A DNA stretch of 64,000 nt. It comes from Nitrospirota bacterium (lineage in GTDB: Bacteria; Nitrospirota; UBA9217). The stretch is taken from assembly GCA_963663225.1 (NCBI GenBank), contig OY760142.1, positions 1,408,001 through 1,472,000 of the forward strand, given 5' to 3'. How positions within the stretch are numbered: position 1 is the stretch's first letter; each line of letters starts with the position of its first letter. This document shows, in pieces, positions 54,653-64,000 of this stretch. The position numbers and the translations under genes were made by a program. The notes below the pieces were generated by a model that had not been told where the DNA came from, made no database searches, and saw nothing but the letters and a program-made list of their open reading frames with translations.

Positions 54653-56257
54653 ATGCAGTTTACACGCCAGATACTTGATGGATTAAACGAAAACCAAACA
54701 AAAGCCGTTTCTGCACCAGAAGGCCCCCTGCTGATTGTTGCGGGGCCGGGAACGGGAAAGACGCTGACCATTGTTCGCCGGATCGCTTATCTTGTAGAAC
54801 AGGGAGCTACTCCGGAGGGCATTCTTGTCGTGACGTTTACAAACCGTGCGGCGCAAGAAATGAAAACTCGGGCAGAAGCGCTGCTGGAAAACAAAGCATT
54901 ACGCCTCTTTATAGGCACGTTCCACCTTCTTGGACTCAAAATTTTAAAAGAAACTTCCGGGGAAAGATTCATTCTGTTCGACAAAGAAAGCCAGTTGCAA
55001 CTCATCAAAACTGTTTCGAAGCTTCCGAACAAACGAGCAGAAAAACTGATGGAAAAAATATCGAGAGTGAAAAATTTTCAGGAGAATAACGACGGAGAGA
55101 TGCAGGAGATGCTCACGCTGTATCACTCTGCACTAAGACAGCGCAACGCCTATGATTTTGACGATTTGATTCGTGTTCCTCTTGCATTGCTTGAGAGTAA
55201 CCTGGAAATTCGCAAGAGATATCAGGAGAGGTTTAAACACATCGTGGTGGATGAATACCAGGATATTAATGCCGCCCAATATCGATTACTAAAAATTCTT
55301 ACACCAAACGACAATATCTGCGTTGTGGGAGATCCAGATCAGGCAATCTATGCTTTTCGGGGTGCGGACGTCCGGAATTTTCTGGATTTTGAACATGATT
55401 TTCCCGGGGCAACAAAAGTTACGCTCACAGAAAACTACCGATCCACCGGCAGTATTCTTCAGGCTGCTGGAACCGTAATAAAAAACAATGCAAAAAGGAT
55501 TGATAAACCCCTTGTTTCCAGACAGGGAAAAGGCGCAGATCTTACGATTATTTCCGTTCCTGATGAAAAAAGCGAGGGGAGTACTATCGTGAGGGAAATC
55601 GAGAGGAGAATCGGAGGAACGAGTCATTATCAAATGAGGCATGATCATGCCATTGAATGTGGTAAAAACCACTCTCTCAGATTTTCTGATTTTGCCGTTT
55701 TATTCAGGACCAATGCCCAGGCAAGGGTTCTGGGAGAAGCGTTTCGTACATCGGGCATTCCTTATCAAGTGCTTGGCCGCAATAAAAACGCACAGACAAA
55801 AGAAAGAGAAGAGACGGTTGCCTATCTTCGCTCCCTTCTGCGAACCGATGAAAGCCCCGGCGCAACTCCTCCGGAAGATCAAGAAGCAAAGCTTATCACG
55901 CCGGAGGACTACTTTGACCCGCGGGCAGATGTTGTTACACTTATGACACTGCATTCAGCGAAGGGACTGGAGTTTCCGGTTGTATTTATAGCAGGGTGTG
56001 AAGAAGGGCTTATTCCATACACCGCGCTGCAAGGCAGCATGGATATTGAAGAAGAGCGCAGGCTTTACTATGTGGGAATGACTCGCGCAAAAGAGGAGTT
56101 GCTGATCCTGCATTCAAGAAGGAGGTTCCTTTTCGGCTGCCAGTCATCGCCGGGGCCTTCCCCTTTTCTTGACGAAATTCCTACCGCACTCGTGCAACGA
56201 AGAACGATACCTGACAAAAAAGAAGCAAAGCAGAACCAGCAGATCGGATTGTTTTAA
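54653..56257 (+). CDS. Short UvrD/PcrA-like SF1A helicase lacking most of subdomain 2B
   Basis: AGPGTGKT, TFTN, VDEYQD, VGDPDQAIY, NYRS, TLHSAKGLEF, EERRLYYVGMTRA. Confidence 0.9.
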   Translation: MQFTRQILDGLNENQTKAVSAPEGPLLIVAGPGTGKTLTIVRRIAYLVEQGATPEGILVVTFTNRAAQEMKTRAEALLENKALRLFIGTFHLLGLKILKETSGERFILFDKESQLQLIKTVSKLPNKRAEKLMEKISRVKNFQENNDGEMQEMLTLYHSALRQRNAYDFDDLIRVPLALLESNLEIRKRYQERFKHIVVDEYQDINAAQYRLLKILTPNDNICVVGDPDQAIYAFRGADVRNFLDFEHDFPGATKVTLTENYRSTGSILQAAGTVIKNNAKRIDKPLVSRQGKGADLTIISVPDEKSEGSTIVREIERRIGGTSHYQMRHDHAIECGKNHSLRFSDFAVLFRTNAQARVLGEAFRTSGIPYQVLGRNKNAQTKEREETVAYLRSLLRTDESPGATPPEDQEAKLITPEDYFDPRADVVTLMTLHSAKGLEFPVVFIAGCEEGLIPYTALQGSMDIEEERRLYYVGMTRAKEELLILHSRRRFLFGCQSSPGPSPFLDEIPTALVQRRTIPDKKEAKQNQQIGLF

Positions 56258-56369
56258 TTCAGGGACTCCACTTGCGTTCTCTCTTTTTTTGTGATAGAAC
56301 AGGGGTGCGTATCGATGCCGAATCCCTTTTAACGAGTGTTCTGCCGGATACCAGGAAGAGGTTGATTCC

Positions 56370-56744
56370 ATGCCAACGAAAATAAAAATTTCAATTCAAA
56401 ATATCTCGCTTGATGCTGAGCTTTACGATACTGCCTGTGCCAAGGCAATTGCAGCAGTGCTCCCTCTTGAAACAACACCCAATAAATGGGGCGATGAGTT
56501 TTATTTCGGCATTCCGGTGAAAAACGGACCAGATGAGACGGCAACGTCAAAAGTAAACATTGGCGATATCGGCCTTTGGCCTCCCGGAAATGCACTGGCG
56601 ATATTTTTCGGACCCACGCCCATGAGCAGCGGCAATGATCCTGTACCGGCAAGTGACGTAAACATAGTTGGGAAAATTACCGGTGATGCAACAGTGCTGA
56701 GAAAAGTAAAAGGGACAGCAACGATTAAAATCGAAAAATCCTAG
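56370..56744 (+). CDS. Cyclophilin-like fold protein (TM1367/DUF369-like)
   Basis: WGDEFYF, GDIGLWPPGNALAIFFGPTP. Confidence 0.85.
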   Translation: MPTKIKISIQNISLDAELYDTACAKAIAAVLPLETTPNKWGDEFYFGIPVKNGPDETATSKVNIGDIGLWPPGNALAIFFGPTPMSSGNDPVPASDVNIVGKITGDATVLRKVKGTATIKIEKS

Positions 56745-56854
56745 GAGAGGACTGCTACCGAGACGTCTTCCGGGGCGGCTCGCGAATGCCGACGCTCCGT
56801 CCTTGCATCTTTTGTCTCTTTCGTTTCCGCTTTTCTTGTGTTAATATAATCCAC

Positions 56855-58441
56855 GTGAATAATACACAACCAACGATCATTCCCCGTTCTGCCCACACGC
56901 TTTCCCGTAAATGGATCAGCCCTAACGCACTCCGCGTACTCTACCGATTGAAGGAAGCCGGATACCTTGCCTATCTGGTGGGCGGAGGCGTGCGCGATTT
57001 GCTGCTTGGCCGTGAACCCAAGGACTTCGACATCGCAACGGACGCCACGCCGGGGGAGGTTAAAAAACTGTTCCGCAACTGCCGCCTCATCGGACGGCGT
57101 TTCCGCCTTGCCCATATTCACTTTCATAACGAGATCATTGAAGTTGCCACGTTTCGTGCTCAAATTGCCGCAACCGCAGACGCTGCCCAGGAGGCAACAG
57201 CGGCAGATTTCCCCCACGGTTGTTCCTCTGCCTCTGCTCCGGCATGCACAGCGGGCGGATCGTCAATTCAAACCGCCGACTCTCAAGCCAACCAGCCACA
57301 GCACAAGCCGGTTCTGCCCCGTGTGTTGAAGACCGAAGAAGGAATGATCCTGCGTGACAATGAATTTGGCTCACCGGAGGAAGATGCGCTCCGCCGGGAT
57401 TTTACGGTAAATGCCTTGTTCTACAATATTGCGGATTTTTCCGTGATTGATTACGTAAATGGAATGGGGGACCTTCAGAGTGGCGCGATCCGGGTCATCG
57501 GCGATCCGATGGTGCGTTTTACAGAGGACCCGGTGCGGATGGTGCGCGCGGTCCGTTTCGCCGCCATGCTTGGATTTGATATTGAGGAGACCACCTACCA
57601 CGCAATTGTACAGCTAAAGGAAAAAGTTTCCCTTGCCTCCCCCGCGCGTATGTATGAAGAGGTGCTGAAACTGTTTTTGCTCGGCGAAGGGGAAAAAACG
57701 TATCAATTGCTGAGGAAAACAGGCTTGTTCGGCGTGATTTTCCCCCTTTTGAATGAATGGGTGGATGCGGAATCGAACGGTTTTCCCCACACGTGGATCG
57801 GAAAAGTGCTCGATTGGGTGGATGCTGCCGTGCAGTCCGGGAAGCCGGTGTCGGCGACCTTTTTGTTTGCACTTCTGTTCGGCCAATGCATTGCAGAGAA
57901 GTCCGCCGAGTTACGAGAAGACGGCCTTGTTCGGCTTGATGCCGTCACCAAGGCAGTTCATGGGGCCCTTGCCGTACAGGCGCCGCGGGTGCAGATACCG
58001 AAAAAAACCGGACTTGCGATGCGTGACATCTACTGGAACCAGCAGCGTTTTGCGAAGCGGGAAGGAAAATATCCGCATTATTTTCTCCATCGGCCCGGAT
58101 TTGGCGATGCATATGAGTACCTGTGTTTTACGAGCGAAGCTTTGGGTGAACATAAAGATCTGTGCGCGTGGTGGAAGGCCTTCGCTCTGACCAATCCTCC
58201 AGCGCTTGCTCCGAACGAGCATAAGAAAAAACAGGTACAGGCCGGAAAGACCTCGTCTGCCAGGCGAAGGAAAAGACCGAGGAAACAGCACGGAGCGCAA
58301 AAACAGAAATCGGTGAAAACGTTGCCGGAGAAAAATGCAGGACCCGTAAGTATTGCGGGAACGCACATCGAAGAACCTATCGGAAACCGTAAAAGATCGA
58401 GTGATGCCGAGACAGCCCGTCCACCGGAGCAGGGGCATTAA
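56855..58441 (+). CDS. pcnB: Poly(A) polymerase I (start likely GTG 56855)
   Basis: GGGVRD, DFDIAT, PAP signature LIGRRFRLAHIHF, RRDFTVN, EDPVRM, basic tail. Confidence 0.88.
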   Translation: MNNTQPTIIPRSAHTLSRKWISPNALRVLYRLKEAGYLAYLVGGGVRDLLLGREPKDFDIATDATPGEVKKLFRNCRLIGRRFRLAHIHFHNEIIEVATFRAQIAATADAAQEATAADFPHGCSSASAPACTAGGSSIQTADSQANQPQHKPVLPRVLKTEEGMILRDNEFGSPEEDALRRDFTVNALFYNIADFSVIDYVNGMGDLQSGAIRVIGDPMVRFTEDPVRMVRAVRFAAMLGFDIEETTYHAIVQLKEKVSLASPARMYEEVLKLFLLGEGEKTYQLLRKTGLFGVIFPLLNEWVDAESNGFPHTWIGKVLDWVDAAVQSGKPVSATFLFALLFGQCIAEKSAELREDGLVRLDAVTKAVHGALAVQAPRVQIPKKTGLAMRDIYWNQQRFAKREGKYPHYFLHRPGFGDAYEYLCFTSEALGEHKDLCAWWKAFALTNPPALAPNEHKKKQVQAGKTSSARRRKRPRKQHGAQKQKSVKTLPEKNAGPVSIAGTHIEEPIGNRKRSSDAETARPPEQGH

Positions 58442-58461
58442 CTATTCTGTGAGAAAATCAG

Positions 58462-59205
58462 ATGTCGAAACCTCCGCGCTATTTTGTAAAACCGGAACAG
58501 ATTTCCGGCACGACCATTCTTCTTTCTGATGAAGATGTGCGGCACATTGCCACTGTACTGCGCATGAAGCCCGGTGCGATATTGAGCCTGTGTGATGGCG
58601 TCGGTTCGGAATACACGGCAAAAATAATCGATATCGTTCGCACAAAAATTACCGCAGAAATTATCAGCACGTCCAAAGCAGCGTTGCCTGTCCCCTCCGT
58701 AACCCTGGCCCAGGGTTTGCCGAAATACGACAAAATGGATTGGATTGTACAAAAAACCACGGAACTTGGCGTCAGCCGGATTGTGCCGGTGGAAACTGAA
58801 CGGACAGTTGTTAAGTTAAAAGATCAGCAGAAACGCCTTGCACGGTGGCAGAAAATTTCCCGTGAGGCAGCCATGCAAAGCCGGAGAGCCAGCATCCCAA
58901 TCATTGCTCCGCTGGCTGGATTTGACGATTTTGTCGGAACTTCCGCTCACGCCGGACAATCTGTGCTGAAACTTCTCCCGTGGGAAGAAGGCGTACAGCC
59001 TATTCAAGAAGTTCTCCAATCGCATCCAGGCATACAGGATTGTATCGTTCTCATCGGCCCGGAAGGTGGATTTTCAGCGTCAGAGGCGGACCGGGCAACG
59101 GCCAGTGGTTTCCACCTGGTGAGCCTGGGGCCGAATATCCTTCGGACCGAGACAGCAGCCGTCGCTGCCGTGAGCATGCTTCTCTATCATTACCAATCCC
59201 GATAA
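58462..59205 (+). CDS. rsmE: 16S rRNA m3U1498 methyltransferase
   Basis: H...VLR, QKTTELGV, IGPEGGF, LGPNILRTETA. Confidence 0.93.
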   Translation: MSKPPRYFVKPEQISGTTILLSDEDVRHIATVLRMKPGAILSLCDGVGSEYTAKIIDIVRTKITAEIISTSKAALPVPSVTLAQGLPKYDKMDWIVQKTTELGVSRIVPVETERTVVKLKDQQKRLARWQKISREAAMQSRRASIPIIAPLAGFDDFVGTSAHAGQSVLKLLPWEEGVQPIQEVLQSHPGIQDCIVLIGPEGGFSASEADRATASGFHLVSLGPNILRTETAAVAAVSMLLYHYQSR

Positions 59206-59345
59206 TGGGTGGCCTGATCAGGAAGCGGCATATTCAGCGCACGCCATGTGTTCCTGAATTTATGTTGAGTTTTTTGCGAACAGGTATTTCCCTTGACACA
59301 AAAACAGGAGAGATGTTAATATCAACGGCTACGAAAGGCGGTTTC

Positions 59346-59798
59346 ATGAAGCTTGCTCTGGGCTCTGATCACGGCGGATGGGAATTAAAGGCCGAAATTA
59401 TAAATTTTCTCAAAACTTTCAAGGATATCGAGCTGAATGACTATGGTACGAACAACGGTGATTCCGTCGACTACCCTGACTTCGGCAAGAAGGTTGCCGA
59501 GGCAGTCTCCGGGGGCACGGTTGACCGGGGTATTCTGATCTGCGGCACCGGCATTGGCATGTCTATCGTCGCAAACAAATATCCCCGCGTGCGTGCCGCG
59601 CTCTGCCACGATCATTTCACAGCACTGATGAGCCGTCTCCACAATGATGCCAATATTCTGGTGCTCGGTGAGCGGGTACTTGGCAAGGGAGTGGCGCTCG
59701 ACATTGTAAAAACCTGGCTCGAAACGGGGTTTGAGGCAGGAAGGCATCAGATCCGTCTTGATAAAATACGGACACTTGAACAAACAGTAAAGGAATAG
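59346..59798 (+). CDS. rpiB: Ribose 5-phosphate isomerase B
   Basis: GSDHGG, SVDYPD, CGTGIG, HNDANIL, GRH..R. Confidence 0.93.
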   Translation: MKLALGSDHGGWELKAEIINFLKTFKDIELNDYGTNNGDSVDYPDFGKKVAEAVSGGTVDRGILICGTGIGMSIVANKYPRVRAALCHDHFTALMSRLHNDANILVLGERVLGKGVALDIVKTWLETGFEAGRHQIRLDKIRTLEQTVKE

Positions 59799-59799
59799 A

Positions 59800-61059
59800 A
59801 TGGCCATGTCTGAACTGCGGGAAACAGATTTTGAAATATACAGTGCGATCAAGGGTGAGGAAGAGCGTGAGCTTTCCAAAATTGTCCTTATTGCTTCTGA
59901 GAATTATGTAAGCCGTGCGGTGCTTGAGGCGCAGGGGTCGGTCTTCACGAACAAGTACGCGGAAGGGTATCCTCACCGCCGCTACTATGGCGGATGCGAA
60001 TTCGCGGACAAGGCGGAGGAGCTTGCCATCGAACGCGCGAAAAAATTGTTCGGCGCCGAGCATGTAAATGTGCAGCCGCACGCCGGTTCGCAGGCCAATA
60101 TGGCCGTGTACTTCAGCGTGCTGAAGCCCGGCGACACGATCCTCGGAATGGGGCTTGCGCACGGTGGGCATCTGACGCACGGCGCACCGGTGAGTTTTTC
60201 CGGGTCGCTGTTTCACGCGGTCTCATACGGTGTGGACAAGGAAACGGAACTGCTCGACTACGACGAGGTGGAGAGGCTCGCGCTTGAACACAAGCCCAGG
60301 CTTATTGTCGCAGGCTTCAGCTCATATTCGAGAATACTTGATTTTGCCCGGTTTAGAAAAATTGCCGACAGGGTCGGTGCTTATCTGATGACGGATGTTG
60401 CTCACATAGCCGGTCTTATTGCTGCCGGCGAACATCCCAGTCCCATCCCCCATGCAGACTTTGTCACCACCACGACCCACAAGACCCTGCGCGGCCCCCG
60501 CGGCGGCATGATCATGTGCAAGGAAAAATTTGCGAAGGCCGTTGACAAGCAGATTTTCCCCGGACTTCAGGGCGGGCCGCTCATGCATGTGATTGCGGCC
60601 AAGGCGGTTGCATTCAAGGAGGCGCTCACGCCGGAGTTCAGAGAATACCAGCAGCAGATCATCAAGAACGCGAAAGCGCTTGCCAAACGGCTGACGGAGG
60701 AAGGGTTCCGCATCGTTTCCGGCGGGACAGAGAACCACCTCATGCTGGTTGATTTGACGCCCAAAAACATCACCGGAAAAGACGCGGAAGCGGCCCTTGA
60801 TGCCGCCGGGATCACGTGCAACAAGAACAGCATTCCCTTTGAGCAAAAACCGCCGATGATCACGAGCGGCATCCGTCTGGGAACGCCGATTGTGACCACA
60901 CGCGGCATGCGTGAGCCGGAGATGAAAATTGTCGGCGACCTGATCTGCGAAACCCTGAAAAATATGAATTCTCCGGAGAAGCTTGCCGCCATCAGAGCGC
61001 GGACAACCTCTTTCTGCAGCAAATTCCCGATGTTTGCTATAGAAAAAGCAGGCGTATAG
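59800..61059 (+). CDS. glyA: Serine hydroxymethyltransferase
   Basis: [40 protein letters not shown]. Confidence 0.96.
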   Translation: MAMSELRETDFEIYSAIKGEEERELSKIVLIASENYVSRAVLEAQGSVFTNKYAEGYPHRRYYGGCEFADKAEELAIERAKKLFGAEHVNVQPHAGSQANMAVYFSVLKPGDTILGMGLAHGGHLTHGAPVSFSGSLFHAVSYGVDKETELLDYDEVERLALEHKPRLIVAGFSSYSRILDFARFRKIADRVGAYLMTDVAHIAGLIAAGEHPSPIPHADFVTTTTHKTLRGPRGGMIMCKEKFAKAVDKQIFPGLQGGPLMHVIAAKAVAFKEALTPEFREYQQQIIKNAKALAKRLTEEGFRIVSGGTENHLMLVDLTPKNITGKDAEAALDAAGITCNKNSIPFEQKPPMITSGIRLGTPIVTTRGMREPEMKIVGDLICETLKNMNSPEKLAAIRARTTSFCSKFPMFAIEKAGV

Positions 61060-61113
61060 CGCACAGTACCTGACCATAAGACATCAGGCCCCTTAGAGCA
61101 GCGAGGTACGAAT

Positions 61114-61581
61114 ATGCCCCGTCCTTCCTGGGACGAATATTTCATGGAAATCGCCCACCTGGTAAAGAAGCGATCCACCTGCGTCCGCCGCCAGGTCGGA
61201 GCCGTGCTGGTAAAAGACAAGAATATTCTTGCCACCGGATACAACGGCGCGCCCTCCGGCATCCGGCATTGCCTGGACGTCGGTTGCCTGCGCGAGCAGA
61301 TGGGCATTCCCTCAGGTGAACGGCACGAGATATGCCGAGGCCTTCACGCTGAACAAAACGCCATTATTCAGGCGGCCAAGCATGGCACGGGCATTGAAGG
61401 TTCGACGCTCTATTGCACGAACCAGCCCTGCGGCATCTGCGCCAAAATGATTATCAACGCGGGGGTCGACCGCATCATTTTTGAAGAAGGCTATCCCGAC
61501 CAGTTGGCCGCCGAAATGCTGAAGGAATCAGGCATCACGATAGTGCACTACAGGAAAAATCACGACAAAGAAAACGGCTGA
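61114..61581 (+). CDS. dCMP deaminase family protein
   Basis: [25 protein letters not shown]. Confidence 0.9.
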   Translation: MPRPSWDEYFMEIAHLVKKRSTCVRRQVGAVLVKDKNILATGYNGAPSGIRHCLDVGCLREQMGIPSGERHEICRGLHAEQNAIIQAAKHGTGIEGSTLYCTNQPCGICAKMIINAGVDRIIFEEGYPDQLAAEMLKESGITIVHYRKNHDKENG

Positions 61582-61619
61582 ACCGATTTCCGGCGTTTCG
61601 TTCTTGATGCAGGAGTTGT

Positions 61620-62162
61620 ATGCGCTGTCCTTATTGTTCCAGTCTCGATAATAAAGTCGTGGACTCCCGCATGGGCAAGGAAGGTGAATCCATCCGCAGG
61701 CGGCGTGAATGCCTGAAATGCGGAGGGCGGTTTACCACCTATGAACGCGTTGAAGAGATGCTGCCGTCGGTCATCAAGAAGGACGGCAGGCGGGAACCCT
61801 TCGACCGGAGCAAGATACTGAGCGGGCTCAAAAAGGCCTGCGAAAAACGGCCCATCAGCATGGAGGTCCTTGAACAGACTGCGGACGCAATCGAGAAGGC
61901 GCTCCAGGAAAAAGGGCTGAAAGAAGTTCCGAGCACGCTCATCGGGGAACAGGTCATGGAGCATCTCCACAAGCTCGACGAGGTCGCGTACGTCAGGTTT
62001 GCCTCGGTCTACCGGTCGTTTAAGGACATCAACGAGTTTATGAGCGAACTCAAAGACATCCTGAACAACAAGGAAATTGCGCCGAAAGAAGGGCCGGTTG
62101 AAAAAACCGGCAAGGCGGAAACCAAAAAACCTGAAAAATTGTCCCTCCCGCTTGATTCTTAA
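61620..62162 (+). CDS. nrdR: Transcriptional repressor NrdR
   Basis: MRCPYC...DSR...RRRRECxxC..RFTTYE, ATP cone, AYVRFASVY. Confidence 0.95.
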   Translation: MRCPYCSSLDNKVVDSRMGKEGESIRRRRECLKCGGRFTTYERVEEMLPSVIKKDGRREPFDRSKILSGLKKACEKRPISMEVLEQTADAIEKALQEKGLKEVPSTLIGEQVMEHLHKLDEVAYVRFASVYRSFKDINEFMSELKDILNNKEIAPKEGPVEKTGKAETKKPEKLSLPLDS

Positions 62163-62179
62163 TCAAGGCACCCTTGCCA

Positions 62180-64000
62180 ATGTCCGACCTCGTTGTTGAT
62201 ATAGCCGTAGGCGTCTCCGTCAATAAAACCTTTCACTACCTCGCGTCAGAACCTGTAGCCAGTCGACTTGCACCGGGTTCCCGCGTCCTTGTGCCGTTTG
62301 GAAGCAGGCGTCTCATCGGCACCGTTGTAGGTTTTCCGCAGACTGCCGAGAAATCAGACCTCAAAAACGTAATCGAAATCGCCGAAGCCCCGATTCCTGC
62401 CGATCTTCTCACCCTGGCGCAGTGGATGGCCGATTATTACCTGTATCCGCTTGGACAGACGATCGAAACCATTGTGCCCAAAGCCCTCTCGCGGACGAAG
62501 CCGAAGAAGGAGGTATTCATCCGCTTGCTCGCTGATCCCGCTTCTCTTCAACTCAAAGGAAAGAAACAGACAGAGCTGGTGGCAATTCTTTCCGAACGGG
62601 GAAAGGTGCTACGCGATGATCTTGACAATATTCCGGCGCAAACGATAAAGGCCCTCCACAACGCCGGCGTTATCGAGATTACCGAGCGAAACACGGCAGC
62701 GGCGCAGGCAGCAGACAGTGTTTCACCGGGCAATCCGCCGCCGCTCATGCCCGAGCAGGCAGAAGCCGTGCGAAAAATCAGCGAGGCCATATGCAACGAG
62801 GACTTTGGGACATTTCTTCTGCATGGCGTAACCGGGAGTGGAAAGACCGAGGTATATCTTCACGCTATCGCGAAAATTGCAGGGACCGGGAAAGGCTCAA
62901 TTGTGCTGGTGCCGGAAATTGCACTGACCCCGCAGCTGGTCAACAGGTTCAAACAGCGGTTCGGCAACCGTACGGCTGTCCTGCACAGCGGGCTCACGGA
63001 CCGCGAACGTGCCGACGAATACCGCAGAATTCTGTGCGGCAGTGTGGATGTCGTGATCGGCGCTAGGTCCGCCGTATTCGCGCCGTTTGACAAGATAGGG
63101 ATCATTATTGTCGATGAGGAGCACGAGAACTCCTACAAGCAGGATGAAGGCCTCCGGTATCATGCCCGGGACGTGGCCGTCATGCGCGCGAAACTGCAGA
63201 ATGCCGTTGCCGTGCTTGGTTCCGCCACTCCCTCGCTCGAAAGCTATTACAACGCAAAAAACGGCAAGTACACGTATTTGCACCTCCCGAACCGAGTTGA
63301 CCACCGGCCCATGCCCGAAGTGACCGTGGTAGACGCAAAAACACTGCAACCCGCCTCGCTGTATTCCCCGCTTCTTATTGAGCACATCAGGCAGCGGCTC
63401 GCAAACAACGAGCAAACGCTTCTTCTTCTGAACCGCAGAGGATTTTCGTCCGTGCTCATCTGCCGGGATTGCGGCACCGCCGTCAAGTGTCCCGGCTGCA
63501 GCGTCTCACTCACGTATCACAAGTCAGAGCAAAAACTGAAGTGCCACTACTGCGGTTTTCACACCCGTCCTCCGGACAAATGCCCTGTTTGCTTCAGCAT
63601 CGAGATGAAACTTGTCGGTTCAGGCACGCAGAAGATAGAGGAAGAACTGCAGACGCTCTTCCCCGAAGCGCGGCTGCGCAGAATGGACAGCGACACTGTA
63701 AAGGGCAGAAATGCCTATGATTCCCTGCTGCAGCAGGTCGACCGCCGGGAGATCGACATTCTGCTCGGGACGCAGATGATAGCCAAGGGCCACGACTTCC
63801 CCGCGGTGACGCTGGTGGGCGTGGTGGACGCGGACACAGGACTGAATCTGCCGGACCTGCGGGCCGCGGAAAAAACCTTTCAGCTGATCACGCAGGCGGC
63901 AGGCAGGGCGGGACGGGGCGAACTGGGCGGCGGAGTGATTATCCAGACCATGAATCCGGGCCATTACTCGATCCGGCACAGCAGGACCCATGATTATGAA
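62180..64000 (+). CDS. priA: Primosomal protein N' (partial, runs off the right edge)
   Basis: Manual translation from ATG 62180: GSRVLVPFG, GVTGSGKTEVY, PEIALTPQ, DEEH, GSATPS, Cys-rich region, GTQMIAKGHDF. Confidence 0.93.
   Translation, partial: MSDLVVDIAVGVSVNKTFHYLASEPVASRLAPGSRVLVPFGSRRLIGTVVGFPQTAEKSDLKNVIEIAEAPIPADLLTLAQWMADYYLYPLGQTIETIVPKALSRTKPKKEVFIRLLADPASLQLKGKKQTELVAILSERGKVLRDDLDNIPAQTIKALHNAGVIEITERNTAAAQAADSVSPGNPPPLMPEQAEAVRKISEAICNEDFGTFLLHGVTGSGKTEVYLHAIAKIAGTGKGSIVLVPEIALTPQLVNRFKQRFGNRTAVLHSGLTDRERADEYRRILCGSVDVVIGARSAVFAPFDKIGIIIVDEEHENSYKQDEGLRYHARDVAVMRAKLQNAVAVLGSATPSLESYYNAKNGKYTYLHLPNRVDHRPMPEVTVVDAKTLQPASLYSPLLIEHIRQRLANNEQTLLLLNRRGFSSVLICRDCGTAVKCPGCSVSLTYHKSEQKLKCHYCGFHTRPPDKCPVCFSIEMKLVGSGTQKIEEELQTLFPEARLRRMDSDTVKGRNAYDSLLQQVDRREIDILLGTQMIAKGHDFPAVTLVGVVDADTGLNLPDLRAAEKTFQLITQAAGRAGRGELGGGVIIQTMNPGHYSIRHSRTHDYE

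Noticed and set aside
58980-59345. N-terminal extension of rpiB (272-aa ORF)
   Set aside because: It overlaps rsmE; a promoter at 59293 and RpiB homology starting at 59346 support the short start.

Overview
A 64-kb bacterial chromosomal window, mostly core genes. The 16S sequence and gene content look Nitrospirota-like; this is an impression, not a database result. Bases 1-11,000 are more AT-rich and accessory. They hold two GTAG-type REP doublets flanking a degenerate PilZ-like gene, then a promoter with tandem NrdR-like boxes, a cobalamin riboswitch and a 37-codon uORF leading into metE (broken by one in-frame TGA at a conserved Trp), nrdD, a lipoprotein and nrdG. Three exported lipoproteins follow, one of which appears to be a circularly permuted class-I glutamine-amidotransferase-like (BPL_N) domain. 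Next come parE/gyrB, trpEGDCFBA, a three-gene cAMP module (Crp-like effector, CHASE2 adenylate cyclase, class II phosphodiesterase), accD, a Tat DUF362 plus NapH-NapG-like polyferredoxin pair, ald, membrane proteins, LysM, an orphan NtrY-like kinase, rhodanese-like and ogg. A divergent acyl-CoA ligase / 7-Cys ferredoxin / CitE-type lyase / ALDH1L1-like formyltransferase cluster sits behind a consensus sigma-54 promoter. The rest is cls, rubrerythrin, pyk, a sugar kinase, an unannotated 22-aa Lys-rich peptide, tyrS, a full rrn operon (16S-Ile-Ala-23S-5S), an EndoQ plus short UvrD pair with clamp-binding-like tails, pcnB, rsmE, rpiB, glyA, dCMP deaminase, nrdR and partial priA. The strongest candidates for something undescribed are the CoA-ligase/lyase cluster, the permuted GATase lipoprotein and the layered NrdR/B12/uORF control of metE-nrdD.
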